DNA of 28,274 bases from a virus. Its lineage: Duplodnaviria; Caudoviricetes. Shown here in pieces: positions 9,288 to 18,179 of this stretch. Location: positions 1-28,274 of IMG/VR virus record IMGVR_UViG_3300036845_000088. The stretch is one strand, 5' to 3'. Each line of letters begins with the position of its first letter. Position 1 is the stretch's first letter. The notes below the pieces were generated by a model. The model was not told the DNA's origin, did no database searches, and saw only the letters and a program-made list of their open reading frames with translations. A program made the translations under genes and the position numbers.

Positions 9288-10318
9288 GCGCTTCTGCCTC
9301 CTCGCGCCGGGTCTACGCCGGCCGCGAAATTCATAGACCAAGCGCCGCCGGGCTTCTCGCTCTCCAATTCCAGCGTAAGCTGAAAAATATTCCACTGCCC
9401 GCAAGCGCTCTGGATTTCGCTCTTAATTTCCACCGTCTGATTGATGCCGCCTGACGGCCCGGCGATCAGCGCCGGATAGAAGGCGCAGCTTGCCTCGATG
9501 CCGAACGAGCTAAAGGTGGGATACTCGATGAGACCGCTGGTCGGGCCGATCAGGATGACCCGTCCGGGTGGCGTCGTGTTCTTCGGCCAGATCGACAGCA
9601 CGCCGTGATCGACGATCCAACCGATATTGGCATGCTGCGCGCAGACCCGCGCCTGATCCCACAGCGAGCCCGCGAAGTAGCAGGATGGCAGTTTCACATT
9701 GACGCCGCCGTCGTGGAAATCGAAACCCATCTGCGTCGCGAACTGCTTCATCTGCGTGGCCACGTCGACCGACGGTCCCGGCAGGCTGGTCGGTGCCACG
9801 GGCACGACTTGCTGAAACCCGCTGGCGGCGGCTTCGAGCACGAAGGAGACGTCCGGCATCCCGCGCGCGTCGAGATAGGCCGCGTTGATCGCGCCGTTCG
9901 TGAACACCTCGGTCATCCCGTTCTCGGCGTCGCCGGCCTCGATAGTCAGCCGGTTCATCCCGATTGCGCTGTACTGGGTGCCCAGCAGGGACAGCTTGTT
10001 CATCTGATCGAGCGTCATGCCCCAGACCTGCACATGGGCGTCTACCTTGCCGGCGGTCTTGTTGATGTTGACCGAGCAGCGCAGCCCGCTGAGTTTGACG
10101 ACGTTGCCGCCGGTCTCTTTGAATACGTTGGGCGTGTCCGGGCCGGCCGCCACGCCGACAGGCTTGGCCTGCGAATTAAGCTGGAATGTCAGGTCGATCT
10201 TGCGCTCGATATAGTTGAGCACACCGGCCGGCGTGGGCTGCAGGGTGGGCTTCGGCCGGTGGACGACAAACGACGTGGTCGAGGATGCGCTGAAATCGCC
10301 AGGGCTAGAGCCGCTCAT
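9284..10318 (-). CDS. Baseplate hub protein (gp27/Mu gp44-like)
   Basis: Likely start ATG 10318 (ATGA overlap). Contains RKIDLTF, VQVWGMTLDQMNKL, IEAGD and GLIEYPTF...GIEASC; synteny. Confidence 0.8.
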   Translation of the reverse strand: MSGSSPGDFSASSTTSFVVHRPKPTLQPTPAGVLNYIERKIDLTFQLNSQAKPVGVAAGPDTPNVFKETGGNVVKLSGLRCSVNINKTAGKVDAHVQVWGMTLDQMNKLSLLGTQYSAIGMNRLTIEAGDAENGMTEVFTNGAINAAYLDARGMPDVSFVLEAAASGFQQVVPVAPTSLPGPSVDVATQMKQFATQMGFDFHDGGVNVKLPSCYFAGSLWDQARVCAQHANIGWIVDHGVLSIWPKNTTPPGRVILIGPTSGLIEYPTFSSFGIEASCAFYPALIAGPSGGINQTVEIKSEIQSACGQWNIFQLTLELESEKPGGAWSMNFAAGVDPARGGRSA

Positions 10319-10629
10319 GGGTTGCTCCAATAGCCGAGGAACCAGCGGATGCCGATGCCGGTATAGTAGGGATCGTCGGTCCCCTGACTGTCCCAAAAAG
10401 CGATATCGCCGGAAAACCCACGATAGACGTCCCGGACGATCCTGTTGCGATCGTAGGCAAGCACGCCCGCGATGATCAGGGCGTTGTCGAGCCCGACATC
10501 GACGAACAACCCGGTCGTCTTCTGATAGACGTTGATCTGAGTATTCTGCCCCATTAGCTGACACGTCAGCGTCTGCGCGGGCACCGCCTGCAGCGGGATA
10601 ACCGCCCGGTAGAGTGACGGCCCGTTCAT
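10315..10629 (-). CDS. Small baseplate protein
   Basis: IPLQAVPAQTL...GFSGDIAFWDSQGTDDPYYTGIGIRWFL; a conserved ~100-aa gene preceding the hub in this group. Confidence 0.75.
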   Translation of the reverse strand: MNGPSLYRAVIPLQAVPAQTLTCQLMGQNTQINVYQKTTGLFVDVGLDNALIIAGVLAYDRNRIVRDVYRGFSGDIAFWDSQGTDDPYYTGIGIRWFLGYWSNP

Positions 10630-11477
10630 GTGATGCCCGTCGCGAACGGGTTGATGATCGGGTTCTGCGGCGTGAATCCGCCCGGCATGGCCGCCGGTGC
10701 CGTCGAACTCGGCGCGTCGGCCGGAACGGTTGTGCCCTGGGTCGGAAACTGGCTTTGCGGCACGGCGGCGGGGATCGTCCCGGTGTATCGGGGCGTCGTC
10801 GGCGTCGTCGGCGTCGGCGTCTTGGCAGGAGCGACGCTCTGCGCGGCCGTCGATCCGTTGCTGTTGGCGGGGTCCGCCGCCGGGTTCTGCGGGTTATTGA
10901 TCAGCGCGGCAGTCTGCGCCGTGGCGGTGGCGATGATCTGGCGCACGCGCACGTCGACGACGAGCAGATTGACCCCTCCGCTGGCCGATCGCTCATAGCT
11001 GTAATCGACGATGTTGGCGCTGGGATAGGTGACCTCCGGGGTAATCACCTGATAGATATCCAGCGACAGCAATGCGGCTTCGAGCGCGTTCAGGACGGCC
11101 TCGCGATTGGACACGCCTTGCGGCGCGATGCCGAAGAAGCCGCTGGCCCCACCGATGCCGCTGCCCAGGATGCCCGTTCCGCCCGCAGTCACGAACCTGA
11201 TCTTGGCGTCCCAGGGAAGCTGCACCTTGTTGTACGACTGGAACGCGCCCTGCTCGACCCGATAGTCCATCACATCCGTCTCGTGGCGATACTCGACGGA
11301 CAGCACGCTGTCGAAGGCGGCGACGGTGGCGCCCGTCTTGGCGTTGAAGATGCCCCACTGCGGCGTGCCGAAGAATTGGCTGAGGAGTGCCGTCCCGGCC
11401 CGGATGATGCCGGCGCCGGCCAGGAACGGCGCCTGTTTCGCCGCGCTAAGCGGGGGGACGCCGGGGAAGGTCGCCAT
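10626..11477 (-). CDS. Tail tube initiator / Dit-like baseplate protein with Pro/Thr-rich tail
   Basis: WGIF...FDSVLSVEYR...DYRVEQGAFQSYNKVQLP...VITPEVTY; immediately downstream of the tape measure gene. Confidence 0.75.
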   Translation of the reverse strand: MATFPGVPPLSAAKQAPFLAGAGIIRAGTALLSQFFGTPQWGIFNAKTGATVAAFDSVLSVEYRHETDVMDYRVEQGAFQSYNKVQLPWDAKIRFVTAGGTGILGSGIGGASGFFGIAPQGVSNREAVLNALEAALLSLDIYQVITPEVTYPSANIVDYSYERSASGGVNLLVVDVRVRQIIATATAQTAALINNPQNPAADPANSNGSTAAQSVAPAKTPTPTTPTTPRYTGTIPAAVPQSQFPTQGTTVPADAPSSTAPAAMPGGFTPQNPIINPFATGIT

Positions 11478-13684
11478 CAGGTCAGCCCGTAATTGGCTTG
11501 GGTGACGTACGCGTATTTCCGCAGCTTGGCCGCGATGTCCTTGGCGATCCCGTCGGCGTCGGTGGCGCGGGTCTGGATCGTCACCGACCCGACCGTCACC
11601 GTGGTCGTGTTGTCATTGTGGGCGGTATGCGTGGCTCCGGCGGCCCGCGTCGCCGCGATGCCCGCGCCCACGGCTGCCTGCGTCTGCGCGGCGGCGGGCA
11701 GGGCGGCCGCTGGCGGCTGCTGCGCCCGCTGCAGGGCGGCCACCGTCCCCGTGGCGTCTGCCCCCCCGGCGCCGCCCGCGCGCCCCGCGTTGGCCATCGC
11801 GAGCCCGCCCGGCCCCATGATCCGGGCGACGTAATTGCGCGTCTCCTCGGGCACCGGCCCCCTGCGTCCGCCCTTGATCCAGTTCTGCACGGCGCCCGGT
11901 CCCCAGTTATAGGCCATCAGCGCCAGCGCGGTGTTGCCGCCGAACTGATTCTTGAGGTTGGCCATGTAGCGCGCGCCGCCTTCGATCGACGAGGCGGGGT
12001 CCATGGCATTCACGCCGTATTCAGCGGCCGTGGAGGGGATGAACTGCGCCACTCCGGCGGCGCCCGCCGAGTTTGCCGACAGATTGCTCAGCCCGCTCTC
12101 CGCCTGCAGTTGGCGCCGGTAGGTTGCCGCGTCGAGCCCGTGCGCCGCCGCCGCCGCCGCGATCTGCGCGTCGTATTGGCTCGGGCCTTGATCCTGTAGT
12201 TGGCGGTTGGTCGAAGTGATGTTGCCGGTGCCCCCGCCGCCCGTGGCCGCACCCTGATCGCCGCCGTAGCGCCGCATCACCTCGTCCTGCGACACCTCGT
12301 TGCCTTGGGGATCGGTGAACCACACGCCCGGTTTGCCCTGGAACATGCGTTTGGTCGTCTCCCAGGGATCTGTGAGCGTCGAATGCTCCGTCAGCCCGGC
12401 GTCCACGGCCCGCTTGTTGGCGGCACTCGTCGAGTTCGGAGATGTCGCGGCGAGATACAGGCCGGCGCCGATCGCCGCGACGGCGGCGGCGATGGCAAGG
12501 AACGGGGCCACCAACGCGCCGATGGATACCAGCGATATCCCCAGCGCCACGTTCATTCCGGTGATCGTCCCGATGATCCCGATGATCATCGAGGCGACCT
12601 GAATGCCCTTGAAGACGAGCCATGCGCCGGTCAGGAGTTCGACCGCGACCTGCCATCCGCCGATCGCCTGGACGATATTGTTGACCGTCTCCGCGATGCC
12701 CACGATGGCGGTGACGAAGGCCCTGATGTCCTGCACGAGGTTGTCGCGGAGCCAGTCCTTATTGGCGTCGACCCAATCGGATACCGCCTGCACGACTTTC
12801 TTGAGTTCTGGGACGAGTGCGACGGCCACCTTCTCGGCCAGGAAACTGACACGGTCGTGCATCAGACCGAGTTCGAAATTCATGTTAGAGAACGCTTTGA
12901 CATCATCCGGGCTGGGCTGGATTTTCGCGTACTCGGCCTTGCGTCGCGCCCGCTCCTCCGGGGGTAGCTCTGACTCGGCCACGTTGGACTCGGCCATCCC
13001 CATGCGCCGGAACATCGCGCGCCGGCTCGCCGGGTCCATCCCGTTGGCGGCCATCCGTTGATAGATTTGCTCGATGACATCGGCCGGATCGGCGCCGGCA
13101 ATCTGGCCGAAGCTCTGGCCGAGGAACTGCGAGATCATCCCGAGTTGCGCGGTCGGCTGCCCGAAATTCTTCCACTCCGCGATGCCCTCGGTGATCGCGC
13201 CGATCGACTGCGCCGCGTCCTCCGCCGTGCCGCCGACGCCGCGCAACATCCCCTGATAGGTGCCGAGCGATTGCGCCGTCGTGTCCAGCATCTGCGCCTG
13301 CCGGCCCAACTGCATGGTGCCGGTCATGATGTTGGTGAAGAACCGCTCGATACCGGCGGTGGACAGGCTGAATATTCCGAAGAACGCGAGGAACTCATTG
13401 CGCAGCCCGGTGATGGCCTGCTGCGCGGGCTGCAGCGCCTGCTGGATGCTCTTGCTTCTTGCCTGGGCCTGCGCGGCGGTGTCGTCAGCCGCCTGCTTGG
13501 TATCCTTGGCAGCTTGTTTGGCGTCCGCTGCCGCCTTTTTCCAGTAGGCCGATAACTGGGCCTCGGTCGTTTCCGCCGTCTTGCCGAGGCGGTCATAGTC
13601 CTTCTCGGTGGCCGCGATCTCGGCGCGGAAATCAGACGGATCGAGGCCGATCTTGATGACGAATTCTTCTAGCAGCGTCGGCAC
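11477..13684 (-). CDS. Tape measure protein with soluble lytic transglycosylase (SLT) domain
   Basis: Ala-rich helical N-terminus and hydrophobic mid segment. SLT motifs QAESG (catalytic Glu), GAAGVAQFIPSTA, GARYM and ALMAYNWGPG. Confidence 0.92.
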   Translation of the reverse strand: MPTLLEEFVIKIGLDPSDFRAEIAATEKDYDRLGKTAETTEAQLSAYWKKAAADAKQAAKDTKQAADDTAAQAQARSKSIQQALQPAQQAITGLRNEFLAFFGIFSLSTAGIERFFTNIMTGTMQLGRQAQMLDTTAQSLGTYQGMLRGVGGTAEDAAQSIGAITEGIAEWKNFGQPTAQLGMISQFLGQSFGQIAGADPADVIEQIYQRMAANGMDPASRRAMFRRMGMAESNVAESELPPEERARRKAEYAKIQPSPDDVKAFSNMNFELGLMHDRVSFLAEKVAVALVPELKKVVQAVSDWVDANKDWLRDNLVQDIRAFVTAIVGIAETVNNIVQAIGGWQVAVELLTGAWLVFKGIQVASMIIGIIGTITGMNVALGISLVSIGALVAPFLAIAAAVAAIGAGLYLAATSPNSTSAANKRAVDAGLTEHSTLTDPWETTKRMFQGKPGVWFTDPQGNEVSQDEVMRRYGGDQGAATGGGGTGNITSTNRQLQDQGPSQYDAQIAAAAAAHGLDAATYRRQLQAESGLSNLSANSAGAAGVAQFIPSTAAEYGVNAMDPASSIEGGARYMANLKNQFGGNTALALMAYNWGPGAVQNWIKGGRRGPVPEETRNYVARIMGPGGLAMANAGRAGGAGGADATGTVAALQRAQQPPAAALPAAAQTQAAVGAGIAATRAAGATHTAHNDNTTTVTVGSVTIQTRATDADGIAKDIAAKLRKYAYVTQANYGLT

Positions 13685-13690
13685 CGACGA

Positions 13691-13930
13691 TCACTCCTCC
13701 CGTTGCGACGCGAGCCATCCGTTGAAGCCGTCGACCTGCACGATCTCCAGCAGATCGTATAGGTCCTTGATGCCGTAGACGGTATCTAGCTCGTGCAGGG
13801 TCGCCAGCCCGGCCGAGATGACGGCGCCTATGGCTCCGCTGACATTCCGGTACTCTGCCCATTCCCGGTGGTGCGAGGCGCGGACTCGGCCTGTATCAAG
13901 TCTCGGAGCCTCACGCCCGACGAAAAATTT
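13691..13930 (-). CDS. Tail assembly chaperone, frameshift extension (G-T-type C-terminal part)
   Basis: The -1 frame after A AAT TTT reads FVGREAPRLD...ISAGLATLHELDTVYGIKDLYDLLEIVQVDGFN, ending 6 nt before the TMP start. It has no good independent start. Confidence 0.78.
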   Translation of the reverse strand, partial: KFFVGREAPRLDTGRVRASHHREWAEYRNVSGAIGAVISAGLATLHELDTVYGIKDLYDLLEIVQVDGFNGWLASQREE

Positions 13931-14307
13931 AGGTGGAGACCGATGACTGCCTCCCGGATGCGCAGCCGGGTCGCGACCTCCTCGATGTCGGATTCGATCA
14001 GGGGACGGATGACGTTGGGATCGGCCGGATTGGGCTGGATCGTCACGCACGACATCATCTCGTCCATCAGCGGCTTGGCTTCCTGCCAGGACAGCCCGCC
14101 CAGGCCGGTGATCCCCAGCAACGCCGCCCCGCGTGCGCCCTGATTGAGGATGCCCGGCGTGACCTGGGAATTGTTGCGGAACAGGGCGATCATCAGCCGG
14201 CTCGCCCAATCCTCGGCCTGCGACGCGGGCAATTCTCGGATGTGGAAAATCTTGCCCTGGTCGCGCCCGGCCTCGGTAATCGTCAGGATCGACGTGCGCC
14301 GCGCCAT
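13828..14307 (-). CDS. Tail assembly chaperone (gpG-like)
   Basis: Start ATG 14307. Contains GRDQGKIFHIRELPASQAEDWA...PLMDEMMSCV...DIEEVATRLRIR; lies between tube and TMP. Confidence 0.85.
   Translation of the reverse strand: MARRTSILTITEAGRDQGKIFHIRELPASQAEDWASRLMIALFRNNSQVTPGILNQGARGAALLGITGLGGLSWQEAKPLMDEMMSCVTIQPNPADPNVIRPLIESDIEEVATRLRIREAVIGLHLNFSSGVRLRDLIQAESAPRTTGNGQSTGMSAEP
13924..13930 (-). other. -1 ribosomal slippery heptamer A AAT TTT
   Basis: In-frame CTA AAT TTT TCG fits X XXY YYZ and is followed by a GC-rich stem (GTGAGGC/GCCTCGC, inner GACTTG/CGAGTC). Confidence 0.8.
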
Positions 14308-14312
14308 CCGCG

Positions 14313-14756
14313 TCAGGCCGCCAGCGCCGTGGGTGCCCCGATGATCTCGCCCCAGGTGATTTCGTAGACGCGGGGCTGCAGCAGCCGCCGCGCGTCGGCC
14401 ATCGGCGGATAGCCGGTCAGGAACCCTTTGGTCGCCGTGTAGACCTGACTGATCGCGGGGACGGTGATGATCGCGTTGGCGATGTAGACTTCCCGCGCCT
14501 GCTGTTGCGCGTTGTACCACTGCTCGAAGATGAGGTTGCTCTCGCTCGTCGCCGCCAGCGAGATGTTCTGCACCTTGGGCGCCGCCGTCCAGCCGCCCGA
14601 CAGGATCGCATCGACGCCCATCTGCACCTCGACCGGCCGCACCACCGCAGTGCGGAACATGTCGTCGGCGGCGTAGCCCTGCAGGATCACCGGGGCCGGA
14701 TACAGGTTGGCGATGACCAGCGCATAGACGCTATTGGCCGACGTGAGGGTGGCCAT
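14313..14756 (-). CDS. Tail tube protein
   Basis: 147 aa following the sheath: TLTSANSV...LQGYAADDMF...MGVDAILSGG...GFLT...LQPRVYEITW. Confidence 0.85.
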   Translation of the reverse strand: MATLTSANSVYALVIANLYPAPVILQGYAADDMFRTAVVRPVEVQMGVDAILSGGWTAAPKVQNISLAATSESNLIFEQWYNAQQQAREVYIANAIITVPAISQVYTATKGFLTGYPPMADARRLLQPRVYEITWGEIIGAPTALAA

Positions 14757-14782
14757 GTCGTTCTCTCCTTCGGGCTGGGGGA

Positions 14783-16522
14783 TTACATGACCAGAATGCT
14801 GCTCATGTCGATGTGCTGGACGGCGCCTCCGTCCATGTAGAAGAAGTTGACGAGCGGCGAACCGCGCGCGGCCCGGACCTGCGCGCCGGGATCGCGGATC
14901 GACAGGAAATATCCTTGCGTCGTCAGGATCTGATCGATCCTCGCCCCGGACAGCGCGTTGACCTCGACCTTCTGCGCCTCGCTGAGAGTGACCCCGGTAC
15001 GGAACGCGCCGTAGTTGAGCCCTTGATTGATCGGGTCCATCAGCGCCGCGTAGATCAGCGAGTATCCGAACGGGTTGTAGGGGATGCTCGGCACCGAGGT
15101 CATCAGGACCATCAGTGCCACCTGAAACTGATTAGTCAGCCAGATCGAATTGATATAGCTGTCGATCCACGCGAACGCGCCGGACAGGCTGCCCTCGGCC
15201 AAAAACTGGAACGTCTGGTTGGACGTGCTCCAGGCCCCGTAATAATTGTATCCGTTGGCCGTCAGGTTGCCCGAGACGAAGCCGGTGATGACGTCCGGGA
15301 CGAGCCCGCTTTGCTTGCGGAACATCATCGTCGGACGGCCGTTGGTCTGGGAGAAGTCGATCGAGGCCACCGCGCCGAGGATGAACGCCGCCTTGTTCGG
15401 CCCGTCCGCTGGCGACCAGACCGGCGAGGTGCCGCTGTATGAGGCCGACTTGAGTTGCGCGCCCAGCGTCGTCGTCGCATTCGGGCTTTGGCTGGCCAGG
15501 GGATCGCTGTCCCATGGCACGTAGAGGAAGTTGCTGCTGGCGTCGTTCGTCCATTTCGCAAAGGCTAGCTTGGCGGTGTTGCCCGTCCCGCCGTCGGGGT
15601 CGAACGTCGTCGTGAAACTCGCCCAGTCCTCGGTCAACGCCGTGACGGAGTCCATGAAGCCGGCGGGATTGGAGGGCGTCATCCCTTGGCTGAGCACGAT
15701 CCCGGTGGCCTGGGTCAGATTGAGCGCGGCGGCCAGCGTGCCGGTCGGATAGCCGACCGAGGACGTTGCGCCCGTCGAGGCGCTGTTGATGACCATGGCC
15801 TCGATGATGCTATCGAACGTGATCGCCGGCTGACTGGCCGTCATCGCCTCGGACGCAACGGTCTGCGGCACGCCGCTGACGGTATAGGTGCCGTTGCCCC
15901 CGGTGCCGGTGACAAACGCCGTGATGGTGGTCCCCGCCGTCACGGTGGCCCCGGCGAGATTGTCGCCGATGGAAACATTATCGGTCGCCGTGATGGCGCT
16001 GACCGTGAGCGTGTTGCCCGCGATGGCGCCGGTGAAGCTGGCGGTCGACAGGGGCGGCAGCGCCAGCGCGCTCGCCATGATGTTGCCGGCCGCTGAGAAG
16101 CTCGTCGCGGCCGCGAGGCTGATCGACGGCGCGGTATAGGCGACGCCATCGACCGTGACCGAGATGCTGCCGCTGAGCGCCTGCAATTCGCCGATCGTCA
16201 TGCTGGCCACGGTTGCCCCGCGCGCCCATGCGCCCAGCGCCGTGGTCGCGTATTTCGCGACCCACATGCTGCCCGGCTTGATGAACGAACTGTCGTAGCC
16301 GAGGAAATAGGTACCGGCGAGCAACGTGAGCGGATCGGTGGCGCCAAAATAGTTCTGCACGTCGGTCAGCGTCGGATAGGTGAGCACGATGCCGCTGGGG
16401 ACGCGGATGTTGTCGGTGACGAACACTCCGACGAGATCGAGCGCCGTGCCGCCCGCGCTGATGACGCTCGGCGTGACATTGGCGATGGTCCGGGCCGGGA
16501 TCGCGAAAGCTGTGCCTGACAT
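14783..16522 (-). CDS. Tail sheath protein, DUF3383 family, with inserted beta-rich module
   Basis: AIPARTIANVTPSVISAGG...YFLGYD...GYNYYG...WIDSYINSIWL...SIPYNPFGY...RAARGSP...YMDGGAVQ. Confidence 0.93.
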   Translation of the reverse strand: MSGTAFAIPARTIANVTPSVISAGGTALDLVGVFVTDNIRVPSGIVLTYPTLTDVQNYFGATDPLTLLAGTYFLGYDSSFIKPGSMWVAKYATTALGAWARGATVASMTIGELQALSGSISVTVDGVAYTAPSISLAAATSFSAAGNIMASALALPPLSTASFTGAIAGNTLTVSAITATDNVSIGDNLAGATVTAGTTITAFVTGTGGNGTYTVSGVPQTVASEAMTASQPAITFDSIIEAMVINSASTGATSSVGYPTGTLAAALNLTQATGIVLSQGMTPSNPAGFMDSVTALTEDWASFTTTFDPDGGTGNTAKLAFAKWTNDASSNFLYVPWDSDPLASQSPNATTTLGAQLKSASYSGTSPVWSPADGPNKAAFILGAVASIDFSQTNGRPTMMFRKQSGLVPDVITGFVSGNLTANGYNYYGAWSTSNQTFQFLAEGSLSGAFAWIDSYINSIWLTNQFQVALMVLMTSVPSIPYNPFGYSLIYAALMDPINQGLNYGAFRTGVTLSEAQKVEVNALSGARIDQILTTQGYFLSIRDPGAQVRAARGSPLVNFFYMDGGAVQHIDMSSILVM

Positions 16523-16535
16523 GTCTATGCTCCTG

Positions 16536-17324
16536 TCATGGTATTTTCCCGACGCCTATAGCGGAGACGCCGATCGCGAAGGCGCCGGGCAGCAGGATGT
16601 CGACGGGGATCATATCGGCATGCACCTCGTCGAAGAAGTCTTGGAAAAGCCGGGTCGTCAGATTGGCCTGCAGATGCCATTCTAAACTCCATCGCTCGGC
16701 CCATTGCGACTCGCCGCCGATGAACGGCATCTGCGCCGGATCGGAAGCGAACAAAGTCTGCACATCGACCGGCGTGCCCGTCACTCCCCGCGTGATCGCG
16801 GTGCAGCCCCAGGGATCGCGGGTCACCGTACTGATCGCCTGGGCGATGTCGCCGCTGTTCGGCCCGTGACAGTCCACCTGCAGGCAGAACTCGACCGGCT
16901 GCATCATTGCGTGGGTGCCGAAATAGATGTTGCCCAACGGTGAGTTCTGGCTCGGGCTGGCCGCGTACGTGCCGATGCCGCCGGGCGTCCCGGTAAGCTG
17001 TTTGCCGATCATGCTCCCGAGGATCAGGCCCGGCCCGGCGATGGACATGCCGGGAACGATGGGGCCGCCCTGGACGATCGAGGCGATGGTGAGGGTCGTG
17101 AGGTTGATTTCGCCGACGGCGATGCTGTCGAGATCGGCATCGACGTTGGTGGACAGGCGCTCGCGCCGCAGCGGCCAGAAGACGACGTAATCCGGGCCGA
17201 GCGGTTCGGGAACGAGGTTAACTTGACCTTTTATGCATTCGACACCGGCAGGAACGATCCCGAGCAGCAGCGCGCGTGCCGCCGTAAGGATGTCGCTCTC
17301 GGTAAAACTGACTATCGCAGCCAT
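16536..17324 (-). CDS. Tail terminator / neck protein with inserted beta-rich module
   Basis: KGQVNLVPEP...RRERLSTN...QVDCHGPNS...ASDPAQMPFIGGESQWAERW...LQAN; directly upstream of the sheath. Confidence 0.75.
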   Translation of the reverse strand: MAAIVSFTESDILTAARALLLGIVPAGVECIKGQVNLVPEPLGPDYVVFWPLRRERLSTNVDADLDSIAVGEINLTTLTIASIVQGGPIVPGMSIAGPGLILGSMIGKQLTGTPGGIGTYAASPSQNSPLGNIYFGTHAMMQPVEFCLQVDCHGPNSGDIAQAISTVTRDPWGCTAITRGVTGTPVDVQTLFASDPAQMPFIGGESQWAERWSLEWHLQANLTTRLFQDFFDEVHADMIPVDILLPGAFAIGVSAIGVGKIP

Positions 17325-17466
17325 GGCGCCATCACGTTATGATCCATCACGGACCGCGTCCGAGGCATCGGGGCACGCGGGGAGTAGGTCGCGGAATGGC
17401 CGACGTGGATCGGCGTGGTTTGGCCAGTCGAGGCTTGCCTTGGCGCGGCGAGGCCGACACGGGGCC

Positions 17467-17495
17467 GAGGGCGGGGGAGGCAATCCTCCGCCCTC
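17467..17495. other. Strong GC hairpin just after the 69-aa gene
   Basis: GAGGGCGG(GGG)AGG-CAAT-CCTCCGCCCTC: 11-bp stem with a 3-nt bulge and no U-tract. Confidence 0.5.
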
Positions 17496-17703
17496 ACACC
17501 ACGCGGCCCGGCCACGTGGGTGTCTTGCGCGGGCCGCCTGACGGCCCCCCGGCGCTGGGCGCCGTCATCATGCCGGGCTGGGCGTCGACGCCGCCGATCG
17601 TGCCTTTGTTCTTGCTGGCGTAGAACACCTGCTCGCCCTTCTCCTTGCCGTATTGCTTCTGCATCGCGTCCTTGATCTCTTCGCCTTTCGACGTGAGCGG
17701 CAT
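17494..17703 (-). CDS. Small basic hypothetical phage protein (69 aa, MPLTSKG...VFYASKNKG motif)
   Basis: Strong RBS GGGAGG before ATG 17703. It is the C-terminal part of track ORF 17494..18246. Confidence 0.75.
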   Translation of the reverse strand: MPLTSKGEEIKDAMQKQYGKEKGEQVFYASKNKGTIGGVDAQPGMMTAPSAGGPSGGPRKTPTWPGRVV

Positions 17704-17714
17704 GACATCCTCCC

Positions 17715-18161
17715 TTATGGGCTGCCGATCGACCCCATGCCGATCGCCGAAAATCCGATGACGTACGGATCGCCGATACTCTGCTGCGGGCGCGGCGACT
17801 GCATCACGACCAAGACTTTCGACCAACCTGCCCGCGTCCAGCCCTCGAGTACCGACACGGCCAGCCACTGTGCGCCGTCGAACCCGAAAATGTCGCCGCC
17901 CTGCTGATCGGCCCTGACAACGCCACTCCATTGCCCATTGATGTAAACCGATTTTTTCAGGCCAGAAATGTTCAGGCCCTCGATCTGCCGCAGATCCTCG
18001 ATGGACAGGTCTTGCACCTGCGCCGGGCCGGACAGCGAAACATATTGCGGGGTCCGCGTGCCGTCCGGCTGCGTCACGTGCCCGGTGCTCCGCAGGATCG
18101 ACACCTGAGTGTTCGGATTGATCGCCCCGATGGCGTTGAAAACGATGGAGTGCAGATTCAG
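17715..18161 (-). CDS. Head completion/closure protein; probable CTG start
   Basis: The frame extends from GTG 18104 to CTG 18161 (xNLHSIVFNAIGAINPNTQVSILRSTG) with GGGGAG 8 nt upstream. Contains AQVQDLS..DLRQIEGLNI and GVVR...GGD...WL...LEGW. Confidence 0.78.
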   Translation of the reverse strand: MNLHSIVFNAIGAINPNTQVSILRSTGHVTQPDGTRTPQYVSLSGPAQVQDLSIEDLRQIEGLNISGLKKSVYINGQWSGVVRADQQGGDIFGFDGAQWLAVSVLEGWTRAGWSKVLVVMQSPRPQQSIGDPYVIGFSAIGMGSIGSP

Positions 18162-18179
18162 CGGCGTTGCTCCCCAGCT

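Noticed and set aside
17312-17515. 67-aa ORF across the structured gap
   Set aside because: No clear RBS, Arg/Pro-rich, overlaps both neighbours; cannot be supported as a gene.
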